Assembly: GCA_021081985.1 (NCBI GenBank) | Contig: GCA_021081985.1_3639.1 | Reading direction: 5' to 3' (one strand) | DNA from: a phage | Length of the DNA: 64,000 nt | Shown here: piece after piece, positions 35,051-44,112 of the stretch | Position numbering within the stretch: the first letter of the stretch is position 1 | How the letters are laid out: each line of letters begins with the position of its first letter | The notes under the pieces: model-generated | Seen by the model: only the letters and a program-made list of their open reading frames with translations | What the model was told of the DNA's origin: nothing | Database searches by the model: none | Translations under genes and position numbers: made by a program

Positions 35051-36397
35051 TTGAGTAAAGTATTTGGACCTGCCAGTCCTAAACAAAAAATGATTTTGGA
35101 GAGTAAAGCCCAAATTCTAATAATTGGCGGGGCCGCCGGGTGTTTGTCTAAAGACCACGAGGTGTTGACACCATCTGGCTGGATTAAGATATCAGAATGG
35201 TCAGGACAGGACATTCTGCAATATGATAAAGCCACTGGGGAGGCTAAATTTATCCCTCCTTTAGAGTTTGTTAAACTCCCTTGTGAAAAACTTACAAGAA
35301 TAGAAGGTAATGGTATTTGTCAAGAGCTATCTGACGAACATACTGTGATTTATAAACCAGACTATAAATCACAGCCAAGAACACTTTCTTTTTCTGAAGT
35401 GGCAGAAAGACATAACAACTCTGTTAAAAAAGGTTGGACAGGTAAGTTCATAACTACATTTAACTATGATGGGCCTGGGATAGACATGACAGAAGGGGAA
35501 TTAAGGCTTCAGGTTGCTGTCATGGCTGATGGGAGAGTTGTTAAAGAAGGGAAAGATAATTATACACAGATGCGCTTTGCTAAAAAGCGTAAATATGACC
35601 GCTTAATCGAACTTTGTAAAAAGTTTGGATTAAGATATGAAGATAGAGGATCAAAACCCAGTGAAAGATATACCACTGGGGAACAGTACGAGGTCATTGT
35701 ATGGCCTAAATATCCTGATAAAAAATTTACAGAGAAATACTATCAGTGTTCAAATGAACAACTGGAGATAATACTTGATGAGATTTTTCATTGGGATGGT
35801 TCTTTTTGTAAGCCATATGGCGGTAAAACACATAATAGCTTTACAGGTAGATATTTTACTGCTCATAAGACGAACGCTGATTTTGTTCAGTTTATAGGAT
35901 CTTCTCTTGGTTATAATACCACCATAAGCCATGATACAAGAAGTGGAAAGGACAGTTATACTGTTAATATTATGGCTAGAGGAAAAGGATTAAGGTCACT
36001 GGCTAATAAAGACAGAAAAGCTGAGTTTAAAGAGTTTATACCTACGGATGGGTTTAAATACTGCTTTGTAACACAAACAGGTTTCTTTGTTACCAGACTA
36101 GAAGATTGTGTGGTTGTCACTGGGAATAGTGGAAAATCATATCTCCTACAATTGATGCCGCTTGCTTATGTCGATGACCCGCAGACAGCATGTATAATGT
36201 TTCGTAGGACAACACCTCAATTGACAGGTGCAGGTGGACTTTTTGATACAGCGAAAAGTATTTATTTGCAACTCGATAAGGAATGGAAGCCGAAGTTCAG
36301 GGAGAAAGCTCTGGAAGCAATTTTCCCATCTGGGGCAAAGGTGTTGTGGAGACACATGGAGTATGAGAATAACAAATTAGATCATCAGGGTGAATAG
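35051..36397 (+). CDS. terL: terminase large subunit, 5' exon (ATPase N-terminal part) containing an intein in the Walker A loop
   Basis: TTG start with GGAGG RBS; IIGGAAG/[intein]/SGKSYLLQ reconstitutes a GxxGSGKS P-loop; ORF reaches a stop at 36395-36397, probably intron-derived. Confidence 0.65.
   Translation: MSKVFGPASPKQKMILESKAQILIIGGAAGCLSKDHEVLTPSGWIKISEWSGQDILQYDKATGEAKFIPPLEFVKLPCEKLTRIEGNGICQELSDEHTVIYKPDYKSQPRTLSFSEVAERHNNSVKKGWTGKFITTFNYDGPGIDMTEGELRLQVAVMADGRVVKEGKDNYTQMRFAKKRKYDRLIELCKKFGLRYEDRGSKPSERYTTGEQYEVIVWPKYPDKKFTEKYYQCSNEQLEIILDEIFHWDGSFCKPYGGKTHNSFTGRYFTAHKTNADFVQFIGSSLGYNTTISHDTRSGKDSYTVNIMARGKGLRSLANKDRKAEFKEFIPTDGFKYCFVTQTGFFVTRLEDCVVVTGNSGKSYLLQLMPLAYVDDPQTACIMFRRTTPQLTGAGGLFDTAKSIYLQLDKEWKPKFREKALEAIFPSGAKVLWRHMEYENNKLDHQGE
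35141..36127 (+). mobile_element. intein with LAGLIDADG-like endonuclease domain in terL P-loop (about 329 aa)
   Basis: Starts CLSKDHEVLT (block A-like), ends CVVVTGN followed by +1 Ser; internal LQVAVMADGRVV and ILDEIFHWDGS motifs; boundary codons TGT 35141 and AAT 36125 checked. Confidence 0.6.
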
Positions 36398-37659
36398 CTT
36401 GCCCTTCGTGCCTATAACGGTGGAACTCCCTATGGGAAAATACCGTGCCACAGAATATGGAAATATAAAATCTGGGTGTAACGACTATCTCCGATGAGTG
36501 TAGGAGAGTAGAATCACAAGCGATTGGTGATCCAAACGGCACGCCAAGGATGGAAGATATAGTCTGTTCCACATGGAAACATGTGGCGGGTGTTTTAGCA
36601 CACCGCCTCAGTGTAGCGAACTGAGGGGACAATAAGTTGCAGTATACCTTTATAGGTTTTGATGAGGGTTGGTATTAGCTCTCTTTAAACCTCCCTAATT
36701 GTCGGGGAAACCTTTATTGTTTACATAACCAAGCAAATGTGGTAACATGTTTGTGGCCTACACTAACTATGTAGGGTATGGTAATATCATGTAAAATTAG
36801 GTAATCCGCAGCGAAGCATCCCTATGGGATGAACGTTCAACGACTATCGCTTACGGGCGTTAGGGCCAAGCGGTGAGGGAAACCTCCAGTCTTTCAGACT
36901 GCCGAAATGGGAGGATATTTGCGTAATAATATTAAAAAATGTGTTGACTGCCATAGAGAACTTCCTCTTGATAAATTTTTTCTTTCATCAAAAAGTAGTG
37001 ATGGATATTCTGGAGCTTGTAAAGAATGCTACATGTATTATAGACTTAACAACTCCAGAAAGAATAAGGATATGATTAAGAAAGAGGATGCTGCCATGTT
37101 TATACAAGATTTGGTATCATCTGGTGAACTTTTCGAATGCAAAACTTGCCGTAAGAAGTTTTTAGCTGATAATTTTTATACTAAGAGAGATTATGGTAAA
37201 GTGTATCTTGCAACAAATAGATGTAAAAGATGTGAAAAGTTTTACCAAATAGAGAGAAAGTTTGGCATCTCTGAGGAATATTACTTTTCAATGTTGGAAA
37301 GGCAGGGGTTTAAGTGCGAGATATGTAAAATACCTTTGGAAGATTATAAAAATCAAGGGTATAGAGATTTTTTCTCCGTAGATCATGACCATAAGACAGG
37401 GAAGATTAGAGGTTTGTTATGCGATAAGTGTAACAGGGCTTTGGGATTTTTCGGAGAAAATGAGGAAACACTTTTAAATGCCGCAGAATATATACGCAAA
37501 TATAAGATATAGTCTGGTCTGCATGGTGACATGCAGCAGCACGTAGTGGTGCGGGATAAGAGTAGCGATCTTATCTGAACAAAAACGACACAATTCACAT
37601 GGTCACAGATAGATTATCTGATATCTCGTCTACGTTCAAACTCTAAATATCCGAGCAGG
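36398..37659 (+). mobile_element. putative group I intron in terL carrying an HNH homing-endonuclease ORF (boundaries approximate)
   Basis: 1.26-kb interruption between two terL reading frames; contains aattgtcggggaaacc (P-like, 36667-36682), gggtatggtaata (36774-36786), aatccgcagcg (Q-like, 36803-36813), gttcaacgactat (R-like, 36835-36847) resembling conserved group I core elements recalled from the Tetrahymena and T4 introns. Confidence 0.55.
36907..37512 (+). CDS. HNH (His-Me finger, Endo VII-like) homing endonuclease encoded within the terL intron
   Basis: 201 aa; several CxxC pairs and VDHDHKTGKIRGLLCDKCNRALGFF matching the DHDH...RGLLC..CN motif of T4 endonuclease VII-type nucleases. 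Confidence 0.65.
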   Translation: MGGYLRNNIKKCVDCHRELPLDKFFLSSKSSDGYSGACKECYMYYRLNNSRKNKDMIKKEDAAMFIQDLVSSGELFECKTCRKKFLADNFYTKRDYGKVYLATNRCKRCEKFYQIERKFGISEEYYFSMLERQGFKCEICKIPLEDYKNQGYRDFFSVDHDHKTGKIRGLLCDKCNRALGFFGENEETLLNAAEYIRKYKI

Positions 37660-38700
37660 ATGGTTATCTCTTGTAACCCTGATCCAGATCATAAGATTAA
37701 AGAGTTGATTTCTTGGTATTTAGACGATGAGGGGTATCCTATACCTGAACGTGACGGGGTGATTAGATGGTTTATAAGACGTGACGGGGAGTTTATCTGG
37801 GGTGAATCAGAGCAAGAATTAATTGAAAAGTATTGGGATGGCAAGGATGAGAAAAGAAAGCCTAAACCACTTTCATTTTCCTTCATTTCCGCAACAATAT
37901 TCGATAATCCTCCCATGCTGGAGAATAACCCAGATTATCTAGCATTCCTTGAAGGTCTTCCAGAGGTAGAAAAAGCCCAGTTATTGCATGGAAACTGGAA
38001 CGCAAGACCTGAAGGGGCAAACTATTTCCAGAGATCTTATTTAAAAGAGGTTCCCTGCTTACCTCTCGGTGTTGTATCTGTTCGTCCGTATGATAAAGCA
38101 GGTACAGAAAGAACATCTGGAAACAGATATCCTGACTTTACAGCATCTGTTAAGGTAAGTAAAGACAATGATGGTTTTTACTACTTGTCTGGTGATTATT
38201 GTCCTGAATTTTTTGATGATGGTAGATATTCGACTCAAACGCAGGGAAGATTCTGTAAAAAAGCTGGGGAACGTGATGTTATCATTAAGAAACAGGCTTA
38301 TTTTGATGGTGATGATGTCACCATAATTTTCAGTGTTGACCCAGGACAAGCAGGAATAAGTGAATTTTTAACAAGCTCCCGTGAACTAATAGCGGAAGGG
38401 TTTACAGTAGAAAAAGATCCTACACCAAGCAATAAATCAAAATTAACACGATTCACACCGTTTGCAAAACTTGCTCAAGCAGGTATGGTGAGAATAGTTC
38501 GTGATAGTTTTGATCCTAAAACTTATGAAGCCCTTATGACAGAGCTTGAAAAGTTCAATGGGGAAAGGAGTACTACGACAAGAAAAGACGATTGGGTCGA
38601 CGCCATTTCTTCTGGGATAAATTATCTTGAAAAAGAAGAAATAGTCAAACCTGTTGTTATTCCAAAAATTGTAGCTCCTACCTTGTATAAAAGAATATAA
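37660..38700 (+). CDS. terL: terminase large subunit, 3' exon (Walker B and nuclease domain); true exon start may lie slightly upstream
   Basis: ELISWYLDDEG Walker-B-like (hhhhDDE) soon after start; acidic residues consistent with RNase H-like nuclease domain; track coordinates used. Confidence 0.65.
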   Translation: MVISCNPDPDHKIKELISWYLDDEGYPIPERDGVIRWFIRRDGEFIWGESEQELIEKYWDGKDEKRKPKPLSFSFISATIFDNPPMLENNPDYLAFLEGLPEVEKAQLLHGNWNARPEGANYFQRSYLKEVPCLPLGVVSVRPYDKAGTERTSGNRYPDFTASVKVSKDNDGFYYLSGDYCPEFFDDGRYSTQTQGRFCKKAGERDVIIKKQAYFDGDDVTIIFSVDPGQAGISEFLTSSRELIAEGFTVEKDPTPSNKSKLTRFTPFAKLAQAGMVRIVRDSFDPKTYEALMTELEKFNGERSTTTRKDDWVDAISSGINYLEKEEIVKPVVIPKIVAPTLYKRI

Positions 38701-38715
38701 CAGAGGGGATAATTC

Positions 38716-40257
38716 GTGTCAACAAGATTTGCACAACAAGAAGAGATTTCTAAAGCAGGTAATGAGAGACTTGCTGTTAGTCGTCTTCGCACCGGAGAGT
38801 TAGGCTCTGGTGCTCTTTCTCAACTTAGGGCTGAATCAGAAATTATGAAAGTTAAGGAGTTGAGATGGCCTAATTTCATCGCCACTGTTGAAGCCATGAA
38901 GCAAGACCATACAGTTTCCACAGCCCTTGATACAAAGTATGTCTTTGTAACCAAAGCATTCAATGACTTTAAAATCTTGTACAACAGAGATAGCAGAAAA
39001 TCTAAGAAAGCTGCTGAGTTTGTGGAGTATGCACTGAAGAATCTTGCTAATCAACAAACTCTGCGTGATATAGCCCGAAGCGCAGCAACGTTCAATGAGT
39101 ATGGGTTTTCGATATTTGAAAAAGTTTATCGTACTGAGCCAGAGACTTCAAGGTATGCTGGGTATATTACGATTGATAAAATTGCATTCAGGCCACAGTG
39201 CAGTCTTTCTAGATCAAAGCCTTGGGTATTTGATGCCGATGGCAAGACGCTGAAGGGCATTAACCAAAGCAGTTTGGCTTTCTCTAATTTACAAAACGGA
39301 ATGCTAGGTGACACTTTAAGCATTATACGTAAATTAACTAATGGTGATGATGTTTTTATTCCAGTTAATAAGTTGATGATAATGAGTTTGGGAGGTACAG
39401 AATCAAACCCGGCTGGGGTATCACCATTAGTGGGTTGTTATAGGGCATTCCGAGAGAAGATCCTTATAGAAAATTTGGAGACTATTGGGGCATCTAAAGA
39501 CCTTGGTGGTATCATAGAACTTAAAATACCTTCCCAGATCCTTAATAAAGCAGCAATAGACCCAACATCACCAGAAGCTGCTATGGTGCAAGGATTAATG
39601 GCAGATGCTGCTAACGCACATGCTGGAGAACAAGCCTACTTTATTTTACCATCTGATCTCAATAACCAAGGTGGTAAACAATATGAAATGTCTCTCAAAG
39701 GGATAGATGGGGCAGGTAAACAATACAGCACTCAAGAGCTTGTTAATTCTCGCAAGAAGGCCATTCTTGATCGCTTTGGTGCTGGGTTTATTAACTTAGG
39801 TAACGACGGGCAGGGATCTTATAATCTTTCAGAATCAAAACAGACTATTCATGGTCATTTTGTCCAGAGAGATATTGATATTATTACCGAGGCGTTCAAT
39901 AAGAACTTAATACCCCAACTTCTTGCTTTGAATGATATAAGATTATCTGACGAAGATATGCCTAGATTAAAACCTGGACTTATTCAAGAAGTTGATATGG
40001 AAGGGTTCTCTAAATTTGTTCAGCGTATTGGTGCTGTTGGGTACTTGCCTAAGACACCTACAGTTATTAATAAAATTCTTGAGGTTGGTGGTTTTGACGA
40101 AGAAATCCCAGAAGATATGGACCTTGAAGAGTTGTTGCAAATTCTTGGTCAGGATGTAAGTCGTTCTGGTGATGGGATGACTCCAGGGTCAACAGGTAAC
40201 GGAACATCAAAAATATCAACAGTGAGGGATAATTCTGTTTCTAATTTAGAGAATTAA
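38716..40257 (+). CDS. portal protein
   Basis: 513 aa immediately after terL; size and position typical of portal; GTG start with GAGGGG RBS. Confidence 0.55.
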   Translation: MSTRFAQQEEISKAGNERLAVSRLRTGELGSGALSQLRAESEIMKVKELRWPNFIATVEAMKQDHTVSTALDTKYVFVTKAFNDFKILYNRDSRKSKKAAEFVEYALKNLANQQTLRDIARSAATFNEYGFSIFEKVYRTEPETSRYAGYITIDKIAFRPQCSLSRSKPWVFDADGKTLKGINQSSLAFSNLQNGMLGDTLSIIRKLTNGDDVFIPVNKLMIMSLGGTESNPAGVSPLVGCYRAFREKILIENLETIGASKDLGGIIELKIPSQILNKAAIDPTSPEAAMVQGLMADAANAHAGEQAYFILPSDLNNQGGKQYEMSLKGIDGAGKQYSTQELVNSRKKAILDRFGAGFINLGNDGQGSYNLSESKQTIHGHFVQRDIDIITEAFNKNLIPQLLALNDIRLSDEDMPRLKPGLIQEVDMEGFSKFVQRIGAVGYLPKTPTVINKILEVGGFDEEIPEDMDLEELLQILGQDVSRSGDGMTPGSTGNGTSKISTVRDNSVSNLEN

Positions 40258-40278
40258 CACCCAACCTTCTGAAATAAC

Positions 40279-40968
40279 TTGCAAAAGAAAAAGAACGATG
40301 TTAAAATAACTGTTAATGGGGAAATAATGAAATTTAAAAGCATTAAAGACCTTCCTTCATCAGTATCTGATCTGTCTCTTGTTCAAAAGAGCAAGATACT
40401 GAATATCGCTAATGGCCTGATTGCTTCAGGCCATTCTCCAGAAATTTCTGTAGAAAAGGCTTCCGAGAGAGTTTTATCTCTAAATCTTAAAAAGAGTCTT
40501 AATAAAGAAACATCTGTAGTTAATATTCAAAAAGATGCGGAACAAATGATCTCTTATGAGGTTATTTATGAGCCAAACACTAAGGATGCCCATGGAGAGT
40601 GGATGTCTCCTGAAACGATAGTAAAGGCAAAAGAATCCTACGATAAGGCACTCGCTGCTGGTTTGGTGAAAGAAAATTTATTCCATCTTAGTGAGACTGA
40701 TGCATTCACTATTGAAAAAACTTGGATTCAAGAAGAACTGGATGTTGTGGTCATTGGGACGGAACAGATAATTAAAGCAGGAACATGGGTAGCCAAGGTT
40801 AAGTATAATGATCCTGATTTGTGGAATTTGAAAAAAGCAAATGTTGTTGGTGGTTTAAGCATCCAGTGCTCTGGGCGTGTGGACACAGCAACAGGAGAAA
40901 TAACAGATGTTGATTTCGGTATCGAATGTCTGGGTTATCTAGATGAAACAGAGGAAGAGGACGAATGA
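40279..40968 (+). CDS. head morphogenesis protein (possible prohead protease); start probably internal ATG near 40327
   Basis: Position between portal and scaffold-like gene; acidic C-terminus. Confidence 0.3.
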   Translation: MQKKKNDVKITVNGEIMKFKSIKDLPSSVSDLSLVQKSKILNIANGLIASGHSPEISVEKASERVLSLNLKKSLNKETSVVNIQKDAEQMISYEVIYEPNTKDAHGEWMSPETIVKAKESYDKALAAGLVKENLFHLSETDAFTIEKTWIQEELDVVVIGTEQIIKAGTWVAKVKYNDPDLWNLKKANVVGGLSIQCSGRVDTATGEITDVDFGIECLGYLDETEEEDE

Positions 40969-41966
40969 CAATTGTAAAGGCCAAAGCCATTAAGGAGAAG
41001 GGTATTGCACTGTGTCATGAGCTTCAAGGGTATTCTGCTAATTTAAGACCAGTATCACTTCTTATGAAGTCTGATCTTAAACCCGAGCAGCTTACTAAAG
41101 ACGTTATCAAAGCCCTCCAGCAAGTAACTGTTACAATGAGCTTTGAAGAATTTCTGCGTAGATTCTTCTACATGTGGCATGATGATGCAGAACTGCTGGC
41201 AAAACTTCTTGGTTTTGAAACTGAACTTGAATACGATGCGGCGCAAAACCCTGATGATGAATTTATTGTGGCGTGGAATGCACAACATCAAGAATTTCTT
41301 GAAGAACGCGTGCAAGCAATAACAATTGCTAAAGCTGCTCACGAAGGTAAAGAATTAGATCTCACTAAACAATATGAGTTGTTAAAATTACAACAATTGT
41401 TTGAAAAAGGTGTTGCAGAATTAGGAGTCACTTTCGTAGAGGGTGATGATAAAGATCTCCAGGTGACTGGGGTCGTCAAAGAAGCAGGTTCAAATCCTGT
41501 AGTTGATAAATCCAAGAAAAAAGAGGAGACCTCAGTGTCTAATAATGTTGATGTTACCAAATCTCAGGAATATCTGGATCTGGTTAAAAAATTAGAAGAA
41601 GCTGAAGCCAAAGCTGCTAAAGCTGATGAAATTATCAAAGCTGCTGTTGAAGTGGAAAAGAAAGAAGCTCTGAATAAAGCAAAAACTTTCACTTTCGCTG
41701 CTGACTCTGATCATGAAGCACTGGCTAACTTTATTATCGAGAAAGCTAATGCTCCTGTGGTGGCTATTCTGGAAAAAGCACAGGCTCGTATTCAGGAGCT
41801 TGAAGAAGAAGTTAAGACTGTGAAAAAAGAATTTGCTACCGCTGAACATGGCTCCGGTGCTGAAGCTACTACAGACGACATTAATAAGTCTGCTGAAGAT
41901 ATTCTGAAAGCCAACGTAGAAAAAGCTCGCGCCCGTGCACGCGAAGCGGCTGCAATGAACGCGTAA
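40965..41966 (+). CDS. scaffolding-like coiled-coil protein
   Basis: 333 aa, Ala/Glu/Lys-rich helices (EEAEAKAAKADEIIKAAVEVEKKE...), upstream of decoration and capsid genes. Confidence 0.4.
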   Translation: MTIVKAKAIKEKGIALCHELQGYSANLRPVSLLMKSDLKPEQLTKDVIKALQQVTVTMSFEEFLRRFFYMWHDDAELLAKLLGFETELEYDAAQNPDDEFIVAWNAQHQEFLEERVQAITIAKAAHEGKELDLTKQYELLKLQQLFEKGVAELGVTFVEGDDKDLQVTGVVKEAGSNPVVDKSKKKEETSVSNNVDVTKSQEYLDLVKKLEEAEAKAAKADEIIKAAVEVEKKEALNKAKTFTFAADSDHEALANFIIEKANAPVVAILEKAQARIQELEEEVKTVKKEFATAEHGSGAEATTDDINKSAEDILKANVEKARARAREAAAMNA

Positions 41967-41984
41967 TTCGAGGAGATTAAATAA

Positions 41985-42407
41985 ATGGCTAATCCAATTC
42001 AAGGTTTCTACTCTGACATTGTACTGGGTAAAGTTGATTCTTCTGACCAAGGCTATAGCTTCAAGGAAATGGAGATTCAGTACGCAGCAGGTATGAAAGC
42101 AGGTATGATCGTTAAAGAAGACGGTACTCTGGTCGCTTCTGGAAGTGGTACAGATGCTTATGGTGTTCTTGTTGACCATGATCTTGTGCCTGCTTACGAG
42201 CCAGTTACCCCGTACAAAGTAGGAACCAAATATAATTTTGTTGTTGCTGTTCGTGGCGTTACTCTGAATAAGTCCAAGATTGTGTTCTCCGACGGTTCCA
42301 CTGGAATTGACGAGACTGCTATTAAAGCTCTTGAGGCAAGAGGTCTGAAAATCACCGATAAATATTACGATGGTTCTGAAGATATTAAAGTAACGGCTAT
42401 CAGCTAA
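41985..42407 (+). CDS. head decoration protein (lambda gpD-like position)
   Basis: 140 aa directly upstream of the major capsid gene; GAGGAG RBS. Confidence 0.4.
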   Translation: MANPIQGFYSDIVLGKVDSSDQGYSFKEMEIQYAAGMKAGMIVKEDGTLVASGSGTDAYGVLVDHDLVPAYEPVTPYKVGTKYNFVVAVRGVTLNKSKIVFSDGSTGIDETAIKALEARGLKITDKYYDGSEDIKVTAIS

Positions 42408-42430
42408 TTTGCATCAAGGAGAATTTATAA

Positions 42431-43444
42431 ATGGCAGCAGTACAGACTAACGACTTTCAAATCGTAAACCTTGGCGCAGCACTGGAACTTGTTCCACGTC
42501 AGTATCGCCTGATTACCAACATGGATCTGTTCACCGCTTACCATGGTGAAACCACAATTGCTCGTGTTGAGCGTGTTGACGAAATTGTTGCGGATATTCC
42601 TGCACGTCGTCGTGGTGGAGAACGTAACTATGTGGGTAGTGAAAAAGCTCAAATCAAGAACTTCAACATTCCGTTCTTCCCTCTGGATCGTCAGATCACT
42701 GCGGCAGATGTTCAGAACTTCCGTAAATATTTCACTACGGACGCTCCGAGAACTGTTGAAGACGTAGTTGCTCGCGTAGTTAAGCGTATTCGCGTTTCTC
42801 ATGAACAACTGAAAGAAAAAGCAATGGTTCAGGCAATCATGGGTAAATCATGGTCTCCACAAGATCCGACCGCACAGTACAACTACTTTACCGAGTGGGG
42901 AGTTACCCAGCATACTGCCAATATCGACTTCACAGATGTCGCTGTTGACCCGTCTGATCTGATTGAAAAAGACGCTCGTGCATACATCATCGACAATGCA
43001 GGTGATAACGGCAATAACTACAATATCATTGTTCTGGCTTCTCGTAAATGGTTCTCTGCTCTGATCGCCCATCCGCTGATCATGAATGCATACCAGTATT
43101 ATTCTTCTACCCAAGAGCCGCTGCGTCGTCGTCTGGGTATGGGTTCTGAGAATGCCAACAACCGTATGTTTGTTCATAAGAACGTAACCTACATTGAAGA
43201 CATCTCTGGATATATCCCAGATGGTGAAGCATACATCCTGCCGCAAGGTATTGATGATATGTTCCAGATCCACTATGCTCCGGCAGATGATGTTCGTGAA
43301 GCAAACACTGTAGCTGAAGAACTGTATCTGTGGTACAAATCTTCTGCATATCTGCGTGAAGAGAAAGTTGAATCTGAAACTTCCTTCTTGACGGTTAACA
43401 CCCGTCCTGAACTGGTTGTGCGTTCTACTGGTACTTTCGCATAA
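42431..43444 (+). CDS. major capsid protein (lambda gpE-like)
   Basis: 337 aa, strong RBS AAGGAGA, codon usage biased toward highly-expressed codons (CGT, CTG, GGT), followed by strong terminator. Confidence 0.7.
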   Translation: MAAVQTNDFQIVNLGAALELVPRQYRLITNMDLFTAYHGETTIARVERVDEIVADIPARRRGGERNYVGSEKAQIKNFNIPFFPLDRQITAADVQNFRKYFTTDAPRTVEDVVARVVKRIRVSHEQLKEKAMVQAIMGKSWSPQDPTAQYNYFTEWGVTQHTANIDFTDVAVDPSDLIEKDARAYIIDNAGDNGNNYNIIVLASRKWFSALIAHPLIMNAYQYYSSTQEPLRRRLGMGSENANNRMFVHKNVTYIEDISGYIPDGEAYILPQGIDDMFQIHYAPADDVREANTVAEELYLWYKSSAYLREEKVESETSFLTVNTRPELVVRSTGTFA

Positions 43445-43470
43445 GATAGCTTAAATGCTACCTCTAATGA

Positions 43471-43500
43471 GGGGAGGTGAATTATCACCTCCCCTTTTTT
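43471..43500 (+). terminator. intrinsic terminator after major capsid gene
   Basis: GGGGAGGTGaattaTCACCTCCCC followed by TTTTTT. Confidence 0.6.
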
Positions 43501-43575
43501 CACATTCTGACCTTAATAATAGCCACTTATCCTGTGTTGTCAAGTGGTTTTTACTAAGGAATAAAAGGAGATTTT

Positions 43576-44085
43576 ATGGCAAATCAAAATTATCGTATTT
43601 TCCCTAATAAAGTGGAACTGTTTAAGTTTTTCGGAGCATATGCACCACAATTGAATGCAGCGGTATCTGCAAGACTGCCTTTGAATGGTTTATGTGTGGG
43701 AACACAACACAAAGCATTCAGAAACACTGTTGAGTTTTTCACTGCTCTTGCTGAGATGTCTGGTCTTGATGTTGATGCACAGCACTCTACTATTCGTATG
43801 GGATCTTATATCGTGTTCTTCAACAAAGATATCCCTAGCCCAAATAGTATGGGTAAGGTAGTTGATGCCAAGATTGTAGAAGTGCAAGATAAAAAGGATG
43901 ATAAAGAAAATCTATCTATTGACCTGATTTTAGAGGAAGCAATGTCTCTGAATGATGAAGCTGATAAAAAAGGTAGTAAAGATAGATTAGTTGAGTTTGC
44001 ACTTTCTAAAGGTGTTACACTGACTAAGAACAAATCCTTTGAAAAGATGATTGCTGATCTTAAATCTGAATTAGAAGCATTTTAA
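43576..44085 (+). CDS. hypothetical structural protein
   Basis: 169-aa ORF with AAGGAG RBS. Confidence 0.3.
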   Translation: MANQNYRIFPNKVELFKFFGAYAPQLNAAVSARLPLNGLCVGTQHKAFRNTVEFFTALAEMSGLDVDAQHSTIRMGSYIVFFNKDIPSPNSMGKVVDAKIVEVQDKKDDKENLSIDLILEEAMSLNDEADKKGSKDRLVEFALSKGVTLTKNKSFEKMIADLKSELEAF

Positions 44086-44112
44086 AATGTTTTTTTTTCA
44101 AGGAGTTAAGCA

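Noticed and set aside
37658-37801. Apparent 2-nt offsets between my hand reading and the ORF track for terL exon 2
   Set aside because: By manual counting the ATG falls at 37658 rather than 37660, and the track protein seems to skip two G residues near 37799. I cannot resolve this without tools, so I kept the track coordinates and did not call a frameshift or pseudogene; worth re-checking computationally.
41592-42179. 195-aa minus-strand ORF
   Set aside because: Antisense to scaffold-like and decoration genes; Phe/Ser-rich low-complexity product typical of antisense reading of Lys/Glu-rich genes.
42425-43349. Minus-strand ORFs 42425..42808, 42848..43273 and 43107..43349
   Set aside because: All antisense within the strongly expressed major capsid gene.
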